Source: Paludibacteraceae bacterium
GTDB lineage: Bacteria; Bacteroidota; Bacteroidia; Bacteroidales; Paludibacteraceae
Direction of reading: 5' to 3'
DNA: 64,000 nt
Assembly (NCBI GenBank): GCA_963631545.1
Contig: CAVGRN010000005.1
Coordinates: forward strand, 2,425-66,424
The position numbers and the translations under genes were made by a program. Shown here one piece after another: positions 9,165 to 17,768 of the stretch. Position 1 is the first letter of the stretch, and each line of letters opens with the position of its first letter. The notes beneath the pieces were generated by a model, which saw nothing but the letters and a program-made list of their open reading frames with translations, made no database searches and had not been told where the DNA came from.

Positions 9165-10457
9165 TTATCTTTCTAAGTATGAGGTTATTAGCGCATTGTA
9201 AAATGTGCTACCAATAAGTTTGTATCCTTTTTTTGTAAAATGAATTTTATCTTTTTGCGCGAGTCCTGCTTTTTCCCATAGGCGCATAGACTCTAATCCT
9301 CCCATCCACCCGAAGAGGTCCCAATAGCCACCATTGTATTTTTGGGCAAGCGTGTAGAAAGCGTGTTCTACCGTCAATCCGTTGCGATTCACCACGTAGC
9401 GCGTTTTCCGGTTGCGGCGTGTTTTTCGGAATGAGTCGTTGTTGGTTATGAAAACGTAAAAGCACTCGGGATTTACTCGGTTGAATTTTTGAATGAGGGT
9501 GTCGTAGTTTGCGATAAACTGCTGCTCAGAGAAGTTTACAGGTACGGCGTCGTTGATTCCGATGGCGAACACCACCATATCGGGCTTGATTAACTGAATG
9601 TCTCGCTCAAAATTCTCGCAAGAGAGGTAGGACGGAACAGCCGCCCCATTTACGCCTATTGAGTGGTAGACGATCCCGTCGTTGTCATTTTCCGCCACGA
9701 AACCGCAAAGGTTGAAGCGGTGCGGAATGGAGTCCGCTTGTACGATTCTCAGTTGGAAAGAGTCTATCGGACTTTTGAATTCGTAGATAAAAGACGCTGT
9801 TTCTTCTTCTTGGATGGGGAAACGGAAAGACTCGTCTTCTTCCACCAAAATTGGCACGCTGAGAGAATCTCCATATCCTAACAGACGGAGTCGAGTGAAA
9901 TCCCAACGATTGGTTGAGTCAATGTCTAAATTAACTTTTATTTCTGCTTGCGGATCTTCTGTCGTCAGGGCGATGCCCGTCATTCCGATTTTTGACAGTC
10001 GTTCTTTTTTTAGATTCCGTGAAGCGATCCATTCGCCCTTTGAGCGAACTTTGAAGTTGGACGGGTTGTTAGTCTTCGCAGCCTGAAAGGGGAAGAACAC
10101 GCCTCTCGCAGGTTTCAAATCTCCATTGATGGAGTCTAAATGGCAACGCACAGTGTGCGAAATGACGTCTGCCTGTACATGCGACCCCCCGATGTGGAGA
10201 ATGTTTATTTTGCCTTCACCACAAAGCAGTATGGAATCTATCTTACTGAAAAATAGGTCTCTACGTGCCGCATCTTTTCCTGGGAACTGCATAAAACGCA
10301 GCGAATCGACAACAAACGGCGGCACTTCCAATCCACGTACGAGTAGGTTTTCCACCCCGTAGGCTGGCTTTACGGATGCGTATAGTGCAATCAATGTTGT
10401 TATACGCAACCATAATGCAGTTTGCCGCATTATACCGCTTATTCCACGCCGCTCCAT
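9165..10457 (-). CDS. SGNH/GDSL-type hydrolase-fold protein (AlgJ/PatB/Ape-like)
   Basis: 430-aa ORF with an N-terminal hydrophobic anchor. SGNH blocks: ILHIGGSHVQAD (block I, GGS variant), VFAIGINDAV (block III), DKIHFT (block V, DxxH). The alternative start ATG 10430 (MRQTALWL) removes the 19-nt overlap with the upstream gene. Confidence 0.8.
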   Translation of the reverse strand: MERRGISGIMRQTALWLRITTLIALYASVKPAYGVENLLVRGLEVPPFVVDSLRFMQFPGKDAARRDLFFSKIDSILLCGEGKINILHIGGSHVQADVISHTVRCHLDSINGDLKPARGVFFPFQAAKTNNPSNFKVRSKGEWIASRNLKKERLSKIGMTGIALTTEDPQAEIKVNLDIDSTNRWDFTRLRLLGYGDSLSVPILVEEDESFRFPIQEEETASFIYEFKSPIDSFQLRIVQADSIPHRFNLCGFVAENDNDGIVYHSIGVNGAAVPSYLSCENFERDIQLIKPDMVVFAIGINDAVPVNFSEQQFIANYDTLIQKFNRVNPECFYVFITNNDSFRKTRRNRKTRYVVNRNGLTVEHAFYTLAQKYNGGYWDLFGWMGGLESMRLWEKAGLAQKDKIHFTKKGYKLIGSTFYNALITSYLER

Positions 10458-11920
10458 TTGGTATTCCTCTTCAAAAAGTGGTAATAATCGTAGGCGTTGA
10501 AGAATGACTGAACGAATACATCAGCAATTTTTTCCGCACCTTGCTCGGTAAAGTGGATGTAATCTGATGCCGCCCAGGCCGGCTGGTGCTCCACCCATTT
10601 CAGCATAGAGTTGTGTCCGCCCATTACCTCGTACATATTCCAGAACATTGCATTGTTTTCTATGGCGGCTTCTTTCATCGCTTCAATGGTTGTTTCCAAG
10701 AACGGATAGGTCTGCATTTCGCCTGCCACCCTGGTTGACATATCAGCTGGTCCAATCAGCAGTATTTTTGCTTCTGGATACGTTTTATGCAGATAATCAA
10801 TTTGCCGGATGATGTTTTTCTTGTAGTATTCTACGCCCTTGTCTGAATTCAGGTAGGGAGTAGCGTTTCCTCCAAATTCCATGATGATCAGTCCTGTATT
10901 AATTGCTTTCATAGAGGAGGATAGGATGTGTTGTGAAATCTTTGTGAAGAATGTTCCCGATGAGCCTCGCAATGGTATATTGTCTACGAACACGCCGCTC
11001 GGACTTTCCAATGAAACTCCGTAAATCTCGGCTTTTCCGGACAGGTTCAATGAAACTTTTGAAGTGAATTCTCCTAATTTCCAAGTAATGACAGACAATT
11101 CTGGCTGGAAGTCCGAAATGGTTTGTGTAGAGTCTTTCCCATTATAAGATAGGGTGGCAGAGAAATCCTCGCTTGTGTTGCCCACTAAGAGCGTTATTTT
11201 TGAGAATTTTTTTGTGTGAGGGAATGTTTTTTTCCAGTTCCTTGAGGCAAAGTTGAGGCGCACCTTGCCGTTGAGCTGAGCCATTTGTGCCAACACGCCA
11301 TAGCGGTCGTGCGAAAGTTTTTTGCGCAGGTTGCCATCTGCGATGTAGCGTGGCAAACTGTCGGAGGCTGACTGGCTGACGGAGATGGAAGGTATAGGTT
11401 GGATAGCCGGTGCTAAACCAACGCCCCAACCGCCGAATTTCTCCTGAAATCGTTCCCGAATGTAGCCGGAAATTCTGTCTTGCTCAATCTGCGAATCTCC
11501 GTAGTGGAGTATGTGTATAGACTCTTTACCTTGTGCGCATTCATCAAGCAAATCGAAGAGGGGGAAGAGCGTTGAGATATCCTCGTTCGGACATTCTATT
11601 CTTGCCACCGTCTTGTAAATCAAATTCTTGTAAGATTTGAGTGTGTCGACATAGGCTAAGGAGTCTCGCACCTCCGCAGCCAACATTTCCTGGCGGATAG
11701 AGTCTTGTTGTATTTGCAACTTCATCTCTTCTTCAGCCTTGCGAAGTTTCTCGTCGGCAGTTTCTTTGTCTTGACTCTTCTTGGTCATAGCCTCCGTCAG
11801 CGTTGGGAAACGCAGCACTTTGCCGCACACTTCAATTCCGCCTTCTGGGAAAAATAGGCAGATGCCCACAATGAGGGCGAGGACGGAGCATAGAAATATT
11901 AATGTCTGGTACGCTTTCAT
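10439..11920 (-). CDS. SGNH/GDSL-type hydrolase-fold protein with N-terminal TM helix and coiled-coil
   Basis: 493-aa ORF with TM helix LIFLCSVLALIVGICLFF and a charged helical stretch ADEKLRKAEEEMKLQIQQDS. SGNH blocks: ILHYGDSQIEQD (GDS), IIMEFGGNAT, SDYIHFT (DxxH). Confidence 0.8.
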   Translation of the reverse strand: MKAYQTLIFLCSVLALIVGICLFFPEGGIEVCGKVLRFPTLTEAMTKKSQDKETADEKLRKAEEEMKLQIQQDSIRQEMLAAEVRDSLAYVDTLKSYKNLIYKTVARIECPNEDISTLFPLFDLLDECAQGKESIHILHYGDSQIEQDRISGYIRERFQEKFGGWGVGLAPAIQPIPSISVSQSASDSLPRYIADGNLRKKLSHDRYGVLAQMAQLNGKVRLNFASRNWKKTFPHTKKFSKITLLVGNTSEDFSATLSYNGKDSTQTISDFQPELSVITWKLGEFTSKVSLNLSGKAEIYGVSLESPSGVFVDNIPLRGSSGTFFTKISQHILSSSMKAINTGLIIMEFGGNATPYLNSDKGVEYYKKNIIRQIDYLHKTYPEAKILLIGPADMSTRVAGEMQTYPFLETTIEAMKEAAIENNAMFWNMYEVMGGHNSMLKWVEHQPAWAASDYIHFTEQGAEKIADVFVQSFFNAYDYYHFLKRNTKWSGVE

Positions 11921-11943
11921 ACTACCTTGGTATGATTTCTGTT

Positions 11944-13182
11944 TTATTTATTGTTTCTTGGAAGCACAATGCCGTCATCACCGATAGTGGGTGCATTGTC
12001 ATAGATGTCTTCCTGGGTGAGTTTCTGTATCAGTTTCAAGACTCGCTTGTCTGGGTCGATGTGAGGGCCTTTGTTGGGCGGTTTAATCTGATAGGTAGAG
12101 ATGATTTCTGCGGAAAGCACGTTTCCCGACTTCGCATCGATTTTAGCCCGTATGATTGGTGCCAGTCCGTTCTCCGCCTTAATGTTAATATTGCTGTAGG
12201 TGGCGAAGTTACCCATACTGTAAGCGATGAATTTGCCATTGTATATTTCCACCGCGCGAGTAACGTGAGGACCGTGTCCCAATACCAGGTCTGCGCCGGC
12301 ATCCACCACTGTGTGTGCGAATTCGTATACGTTCCCGCGGTTTTGTCCTAAGAATGTTTCGCTTTTCCGTGTTACGTGTTGGTGCGAACGCCCTTCCGCA
12401 CCACCGTGGAAGGAGACAATGACGATGTCGCATTTTTCTTTCTTTTTCAAATCTTCCACGATCTGCTGTGCATTGTCGAGGTCTGTGATTTGGACGGTGC
12501 CTCGGTTGGGTGCAAATGCGCAGAATCCGTATTTCACGCCATCTTTCTCAAAAACGGTGTACGGGTGGGAGGTGAAGCCTGCCCAGTGTAGATTGTTATC
12601 GTCCAAAACTTTTGCGGTGTTGTTTTTCCCGGCTTCGCCGAAGTCGCCAGAGTGGTTGTTTGCCACACTGAGAAGGTTGAATCCCGCATCTATAAAGCAA
12701 TTGACAAAAGATGATGGCATACCGAACGTGAAGCAAGTGGTGGAATTGGTGCAGTTTTTTGCACCGACTTTCGTGTCAGAGAATGCTCCTTCGAGGTTGC
12801 AGAACACAATGTCGCCATCAGCCAAGTAGGGCTTAACTTCTTGCAAAAGGGGTGAACAATCGCCTTCGGGAGGAAGATAAGAGTTGTTGGGTACGATGCT
12901 GCCCAGCATAATGTCGCCCACGGCCACGACCAACAATGTGTCTTTCCTGTTTCGAACATCGTCGGGTTTGGGTAGTGAATTTGACAGGGTGAGATTTCTA
13001 ATGCTATCGATTGATACAACTCCAATTGCATTTTGTATCGTTTCTTGTTTCAGCGTATCGGCAGGGGCGGGTTGCGCATTGTTGGTTGGCTCGCTGACTT
13101 GCTTTCCTCGTGCTGCGTTAACAGGCATAGATATTTGTATGAACAATACTAATGAGCAAAGGACACTCAAAAATCGGAACAT
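11944..13182 (-). CDS. CapA-family (PGA_cap, metallophosphatase-like) protein
   Basis: 412-aa ORF with a signal peptide. Motifs LLVVAVGDIMLG, ANNHSGDFG, VSFHGGAEG and GHGPHV are characteristic of the CapA family. It is the first gene of the operon, 23 nt upstream of the next gene. Confidence 0.85.
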   Translation of the reverse strand: MFRFLSVLCSLVLFIQISMPVNAARGKQVSEPTNNAQPAPADTLKQETIQNAIGVVSIDSIRNLTLSNSLPKPDDVRNRKDTLLVVAVGDIMLGSIVPNNSYLPPEGDCSPLLQEVKPYLADGDIVFCNLEGAFSDTKVGAKNCTNSTTCFTFGMPSSFVNCFIDAGFNLLSVANNHSGDFGEAGKNNTAKVLDDNNLHWAGFTSHPYTVFEKDGVKYGFCAFAPNRGTVQITDLDNAQQIVEDLKKKEKCDIVIVSFHGGAEGRSHQHVTRKSETFLGQNRGNVYEFAHTVVDAGADLVLGHGPHVTRAVEIYNGKFIAYSMGNFATYSNINIKAENGLAPIIRAKIDAKSGNVLSAEIISTYQIKPPNKGPHIDPDKRVLKLIQKLTQEDIYDNAPTIGDDGIVLPRNNK

Positions 13183-13209
13183 TTTGTCAGATTATTTATG
13201 AATTTTTAG

Positions 13210-13217
13210 CAAAATTA
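13210..13217 (-). promoter_or_regulatory. Candidate -7 box (TAATTTTG) for the capA-SGNH-SGNH-MBOAT operon
   Basis: The plus strand reads caaaatta, an exact TAnnTTTG on the minus strand, 28 nt upstream of ATG 13182. Confidence 0.4.
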
Positions 13218-13259
13218 TAAAAACGTGGGGAAAAGCACAACCAAAGTATTTAAACCTTA

Positions 13260-14504
13260 TTAACATATCTTGTTTGTGTATACCAATTCGGAGATGTGGT
13301 TTTCTGCAAAGACGTCGGCAGCCACTTCCACAAGTAGATTCGCATCCACATTGTCTAATTGAAGGCGGATGTCGTCCATTGTTTCAAACGAGTTGAAATA
13401 GAGGTAACTTTTCGCAACGGAGAGAATCAGGTTCTCTCGGTTTTCTTGAGAGATGGCGAGTTGTCCTAACAACTGTTTTTTGTATCGGTCTAACTGTGTC
13501 TTAGACAGCGGATTGGTGTAGAATCGTTTTAATTCTGAGCGCACGAGGTCGGTGCATCGTTCGCGGTTTTTCTCGTCGGTGCCATAGTAGACGGAGAAGA
13601 TACCGCAGTCGGAATAGGCGGTGTAGGCCGACTCCACATTGTATGCCATGCCATTTTTCTCGCGTAGGAGGAGGTTGAGCCGGCTGTTCATGGAGGGTCC
13701 GCCTAAAATGTTGTTGAGTAGGCAGAGGGGCAGTCTACGGTCGTCCGAGAGGTCGTAGCCCCGGCTGCCTATCATCACATGCGCCTGCGAGGTATGTTTC
13801 CTTTCAACTTGATTGAAAGTCTTGTGCGTTTTGTCAATGCGAGCAACTGGCGCACTGTATGATTTCTCCACTTCGCCGAAATATTTCATAGCGAGGTGTT
13901 CAACTTTTTTGAAAGGAATTTTCCCTAATGAGAAGAAGAGTATTTTGTCGGTGTTATATGTGCGGCGCACGAATTTGACGGCATCCTGTGTTTTGTATTT
14001 TTTCAGTTTTTTTGCTTCGCCTAAGATGTTGCGCCCTAATGGCGTTCCGGCGAATAGTAGAGCCTCGAAATCGTCATAGATTAATTCGGATGGGGTGTCG
14101 CGGTAAGAGTGTATCTCATCGATGATGACGTCCACCTCCTTGTCTATTTCTTTTTGTGGAAATGTGGCGTGGAAGACGATGTCGGAGCATAGTTCTACCG
14201 CTCGTTCAAAGTCTTCGCAAAGAATGTTGGCGTAGACGAAGGTTTCCTCTTTGGTTGTGTAGGCGTTCAGCTCGCCCCCCAACGAGTCTAACCGGTTGAG
14301 TATGTGCCACGCCTTGCGCTTGGTCGTCCCTTTGAAAAGGGTATGTTCGATGAAGTGTGCCATGCCCGACTCAGACTCCAACTCATCGCGTGTGCCGACA
14401 TTAATGGCGAATCCGCAGTAGGCTACGGGCGAATCATCGTGGATATGCACCATACGAATGCCGTTGGGCAGAACATTGAAGTGTATGTCTGACGATAAAT
14501 CCAT
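13260..14504 (-). CDS. M16-family (pitrilysin/insulinase-like) zinc peptidase
   Basis: The inverted zinc motif HxxEH is present as HFIEHTLFKGT. I place the start at ATG 14504 (MDLSSDIHFNVLPNGIRMVH), 2 nt after the upstream stop. The ORF-track start at 14549 would overlap the upstream gene. Confidence 0.9.
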   Translation of the reverse strand: MDLSSDIHFNVLPNGIRMVHIHDDSPVAYCGFAINVGTRDELESESGMAHFIEHTLFKGTTKRKAWHILNRLDSLGGELNAYTTKEETFVYANILCEDFERAVELCSDIVFHATFPQKEIDKEVDVIIDEIHSYRDTPSELIYDDFEALLFAGTPLGRNILGEAKKLKKYKTQDAVKFVRRTYNTDKILFFSLGKIPFKKVEHLAMKYFGEVEKSYSAPVARIDKTHKTFNQVERKHTSQAHVMIGSRGYDLSDDRRLPLCLLNNILGGPSMNSRLNLLLREKNGMAYNVESAYTAYSDCGIFSVYYGTDEKNRERCTDLVRSELKRFYTNPLSKTQLDRYKKQLLGQLAISQENRENLILSVAKSYLYFNSFETMDDIRLQLDNVDANLLVEVAADVFAENHISELVYTNKIC

Positions 14505-14506
14505 AA

Positions 14507-15094
14507 TTATTTGATGCCTAATTTGACGATCTCTTGTGCGGCGATGCATACTTGCTCATACCATTCTTTGCCGAAACGTCGTATCAACGGAGTTTCCAGA
14601 AATTTGTAAACCGGCAGTCCTTGTTTTTTGCCGAGGCTGAAGGCGCACTTGCAAACATCCCATTTATGGATGTTGACTGCTACGGTTCCGTTGCTTAGTT
14701 TGCGTAGCCTGACGGGGTAGAGGTGGCAGGATATGGGCTTGTAGAAGTCTGTCCGCCCCTCAAGAAAAGCCTTTTCAATGGCGCATTTGCACACTCCGTT
14801 GGCATCTGTATGGGAGAAAACGCACTCTCCACCGTTCACGATAGAGGTAACACGGTCGCCCTCGATATCCACGTAGCTGACGCCTTGCCGGTTGATAACG
14901 TTGCGTGAGGCTTCCGAAAGATCGTCCCATACTACGGGCAGCAATTCTTCCAATTTGCCGACTTCATCGTCCTCTAAAGGTGCGCCAGAATCTCCCTCCA
15001 CGCAGCAGATTCCCTTGCAGACGGAGAGGTCGCAGCAAAAAAGCGTTTCAAACAAGTCCATAGAGATAATTGTATCTCCTATCTCGATCATCAT
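14507..15094 (-). CDS. Cys-rich DUF3109-like protein
   Basis: 195-aa ORF with clustered cysteines (FCCDLSVCKGICCVEGD, CKCAIEKAF, SCHLYP, CKCAF). These match my recollection of the Bacteroidota DUF3109 family. It is tightly coupled to the M16 peptidase gene. Confidence 0.7.
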   Translation of the reverse strand: MMIEIGDTIISMDLFETLFCCDLSVCKGICCVEGDSGAPLEDDEVGKLEELLPVVWDDLSEASRNVINRQGVSYVDIEGDRVTSIVNGGECVFSHTDANGVCKCAIEKAFLEGRTDFYKPISCHLYPVRLRKLSNGTVAVNIHKWDVCKCAFSLGKKQGLPVYKFLETPLIRRFGKEWYEQVCIAAQEIVKLGIK

Positions 15095-15115
15095 ATCTTA
15101 TCAAATTCAAGTCCG

Positions 15116-15123
15116 CAAAATTA
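15116..15123 (-). promoter_or_regulatory. Candidate -7 box (TAATTTTG) for the DUF3109/M16 operon
   Basis: The plus strand reads caaaatta, an exact TAnnTTTG on the minus strand, 22 nt upstream of ATG 15094. Confidence 0.4.
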
Positions 15124-15231
15124 GCGTTTTTCAGTTGAATGAGCGGTGGATTTACATGAAAAATCCCTAATTTCGCAAATAGTATCGCTTGTTAGTCGGG
15201 CGAGGTGTTTCACGGAAAAATATAACGCAAA

Positions 15232-16545
15232 ATGTCGTCATTCCAACAGGGTAAAAAGGTGTTGTTCCACACGTTAGGTTGTAAACTTAACTTTGCGGAG
15301 AGTTCCTCTATCGAGAGTCAATTGGAAAAAGAGGGTTTTGAGATAGTGGGGAATGGTGATGTGCCGGATGTGTGCATCATCAACACTTGTTCGGTAACCG
15401 AGGCTGCCGACAGAAAGGACCGCCAAGCCATCAAGCAGGTGGTTGCGAAGTATCCTGGTGCATTTATCGTGGTGATCGGTTGTTACGCCCAGTTACAACC
15501 CGAAACGATTGGGAGCATTGAGGGGGTTGATTTAATCCTCGGCGCACAAAATAAATTTGACATTCCTCTTTATCTGAATGATTTTGAAAAGACGGGCGAG
15601 ACACGCATTGTGCATACAAAAAGAAGTGGGATAGAGCGTTTTTCACCGTCTTGTACACGTGGAGATCGTACTCGATTTTGGTTGAAGGTGCAAGACGGGT
15701 GCGACAATTTTTGTTCCTATTGCACCGTTCCCATCGCACGCGGAAAGAGTCGGAATGACACCATTGCCAACACGGTGGAACAGGCTCGTGCGGCGGTTGC
15801 GGCAGGGGCAGGCGAGATTGTCATTTCAGGCGTGAACATTGGCGATTTTGGTAAATCTACTGGTGAATCGTTCTATGGCTTGATTCAAGCGTTAGACCAG
15901 ATTGAGGGTGAATATCGATACCGCATTTCGTCGATAGAACCCGATTTGCTGAGCGATGACATTATACGTTTCACGGCACAATCTACACATTTCGTGCCTC
16001 ACTTCCACATTCCGTTGCAGTCTGGTAGCGACGAAATTTTGAAACTAATGAAACGTCATTATGCAACCAACTTGTTTGCAGAAAAAATCCAAAATATTAA
16101 ATGTGTGATGCCCGATGCGTTCATCGGCGTGGATGTCATTGTGGGGTCAAATGGAGAAACGGCGGAGTGTTTTGATGAGACATACGAGTTTCTTCGCTCT
16201 CTCAGTATTTCACAGTTGCATGTTTTCACTTATTCCGAACGTCCGGGAACGCAAGCATTGCAGATAAAGCATAGAGTTAGTGCCGTGGAGAAGAAACGGC
16301 GAAGTGAGCTGCTCCATCAACTCTCGGAGGAAAAACGTATCGCATTCTATCAAACTCAAATAGGAAAGATGAGTAAGGTATTGTGGGAAGGCAAGAAAAA
16401 TGGGGGTAAGATGCATGGATTCACAGAAAACTATGTGTTGGTGGAGCGTGATTTCGATTCTTCGAGGGTGAACAGCATTGAGAACGTCACTTTGGGAGGT
16501 TTCAATGATGATGGTGATGCATTGACTGTGGTTACTCTTTTTTGA
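15232..16545 (+). CDS. mtaB: tRNA t6A37 methylthiotransferase MtaB (radical SAM)
   Basis: 437-aa ORF. MTTase N-domain (VLFHTLGCKLNFAES), radical-SAM CxxxCxxC (GCDNFCSYCTVPIARG), TRAM-like C-terminus. Confidence 0.9.
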   Translation: MSSFQQGKKVLFHTLGCKLNFAESSSIESQLEKEGFEIVGNGDVPDVCIINTCSVTEAADRKDRQAIKQVVAKYPGAFIVVIGCYAQLQPETIGSIEGVDLILGAQNKFDIPLYLNDFEKTGETRIVHTKRSGIERFSPSCTRGDRTRFWLKVQDGCDNFCSYCTVPIARGKSRNDTIANTVEQARAAVAAGAGEIVISGVNIGDFGKSTGESFYGLIQALDQIEGEYRYRISSIEPDLLSDDIIRFTAQSTHFVPHFHIPLQSGSDEILKLMKRHYATNLFAEKIQNIKCVMPDAFIGVDVIVGSNGETAECFDETYEFLRSLSISQLHVFTYSERPGTQALQIKHRVSAVEKKRRSELLHQLSEEKRIAFYQTQIGKMSKVLWEGKKNGGKMHGFTENYVLVERDFDSSRVNSIENVTLGGFNDDGDALTVVTLF

Positions 16546-17053
16546 GCGTCGGTAAATCTTCGGCAGCGGCAGATGTGACACTGTCTTCGTCCCACTGTGT
16601 GGGGTATGGATGGGGTGCTGCTTTCCGGTAGATGCCGAGGAATCCCTCGTTGAGCCAGTAAACAATCTCGTTGAGGGTCTTATCTCGCAAGGCGGGTTTG
16701 AGTTGACACTCCCATACGATGAGTGTGTTCCAGCCTAAAGCCTTCAACTCGCTGCGTACGCGGATGTCGCGTGCGTGGTTGCGGATGAATTTCTCCGTCC
16801 AGAAGTCGGAGTGAGTTTTGGGTGTCCTTCCATTCATACATTCGTGTCCGTGCCAAAAACATCCGTGTATGAAGATGACAGTGTGGTATTTCTTCAACAC
16901 GATATCAGGTTTTCCTGGAAGCGTTTTTACATTCACCCTAAAACGGAATCCGCTGGCATAGAGGAATTTGCGGACAATCAGCTCGGGCTGTGTGTCTTTG
17001 CCTTTAATTCGGCTCATCGTCCAACTTCGTTTCTCAGGAGAAAGGGTATCCAT
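16532..17053 (-). CDS. vsr: Very short patch repair endonuclease
   Basis: 173-aa ORF. Motifs KRSWTMSRIKGKDTQPELIVRKFL, LPGKPDIVL and VIFIHGCFWHGHEC are canonical Vsr motifs. Its 3' end overlaps the mtaB 3' end convergently by 14 nt. Confidence 0.92.
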   Translation of the reverse strand: MDTLSPEKRSWTMSRIKGKDTQPELIVRKFLYASGFRFRVNVKTLPGKPDIVLKKYHTVIFIHGCFWHGHECMNGRTPKTHSDFWTEKFIRNHARDIRVRSELKALGWNTLIVWECQLKPALRDKTLNEIVYWLNEGFLGIYRKAAPHPYPTQWDEDSVTSAAAEDLPTLKKE

Positions 17054-17084
17054 ACGTCATTTTGTTTGCGTAGGGATAAATGTG

Positions 17085-17092
17085 CAAAGGTA
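17085..17092 (-). promoter_or_regulatory. Candidate -7 box (TACCTTTG) for vsr
   Basis: The plus strand reads caaaggta, an exact TAnnTTTG on the minus strand, 32 nt upstream of ATG 17053. Confidence 0.35.
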
Positions 17093-17163
17093 TCAAAGTC
17101 TTGGGTATTTTGGAAACGAAATTTTTTTTCACTTCATATTTTCACTTAAGTCTGAATCAGTTT

Positions 17164-17171
17164 TACATTTG
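17164..17171 (+). promoter_or_regulatory. Candidate -7 box (TACATTTG) for the Uma2-like paralog 2
   Basis: Exact TAnnTTTG, 31 nt upstream of ATG 17202. Confidence 0.4.
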
Positions 17172-17201
17172 TGCGAATGTGAGTAACTAAATTGTATATT
17201 T

Positions 17202-17690
17202 ATGTATAAGCGAGGTTTAGGAATGCCGCTTCCTTGCGACAACCATCAGGATGTGATAGACTTCCTTTATGGAAATCTTTGGAATAGGTTGGACAAAAAA
17301 ACACGTCCTTTTTTGAAGCAAAATAGAACTGCCGACGAAGTGAAAGGAAAAAATGAAGTGGTTCCAGACATTAGTCTTTTCAGTCGGATGAATTATGACG
17401 AAGAGAAAAATTGCTGGCAGTATACGGGTCTTATTTTGAACATTGAAGTTGTAAGAGACGGCGGTGCGGCGTATTCTGAAAAAAGCATTGAAAAACTTTT
17501 CAGACGGTGTGATACGCTCAAGGAAGCATTCCTCTACAACTACGAAAGCCATATTTGGTCGCGCTATACTCGCCAAGGTGATGGTGAAATTATTGTGGAT
17601 GTGTCCGATTTCTCGCGGCTGCTCAGACTTCACCTTAACAACCTTGCAAAGGTGGGGCGCACATTTGAGGATGTGTTGAAACTGTGCTGA
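17202..17690 (+). CDS. Small PD-(D/E)xK-fold protein, Uma2-like putative endonuclease (paralog 2)
   Basis: 162-aa ORF that aligns end to end with the 4032-4514 product (GLGMPLP, HQD, RTAD.KGK.E.VPDI.LF, IEVV, IEKLF, L.EAFLYNYE, RYTRQ.DG, SDFSR, LAKVG). The fully overlapping antisense ORF 17217-17765 has no paralog and was rejected. Confidence 0.7.
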   Translation: MYKRGLGMPLPCDNHQDVIDFLYGNLWNRLDKKTRPFLKQNRTADEVKGKNEVVPDISLFSRMNYDEEKNCWQYTGLILNIEVVRDGGAAYSEKSIEKLFRRCDTLKEAFLYNYESHIWSRYTRQGDGEIIVDVSDFSRLLRLHLNNLAKVGRTFEDVLKLC

Positions 17691-17714
17691 TGCGGAGGAA
17701 TGTTGGTAAAAATA

Positions 17715-17746
17715 AACGGCGTGCCGAAACCCATCGGTACGCCGTT
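17715..17746. terminator. Bidirectional intrinsic terminator between the Uma2-like gene and clpC
   Basis: 13-bp stem: aacggcgtgccga / tcggtacgccgtt, with a 6-nt loop. The preceding A-run gives a U-run for the minus-strand (clpC) transcript. Confidence 0.65.
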
Positions 17747-17768
17747 GTCTTGCCTGTTGTTTCAATTG

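Noticed and set aside
17217-17765. 182-aa minus-strand ORF fully antisense to the Uma2-like paralog 2
   Set aside because: The plus-strand ORF has a full-length paralog at 4032-4514, whose antisense strand is closed (only 81- and 62-aa fragments). The minus ORF also has odd composition and runs through the bidirectional terminator.
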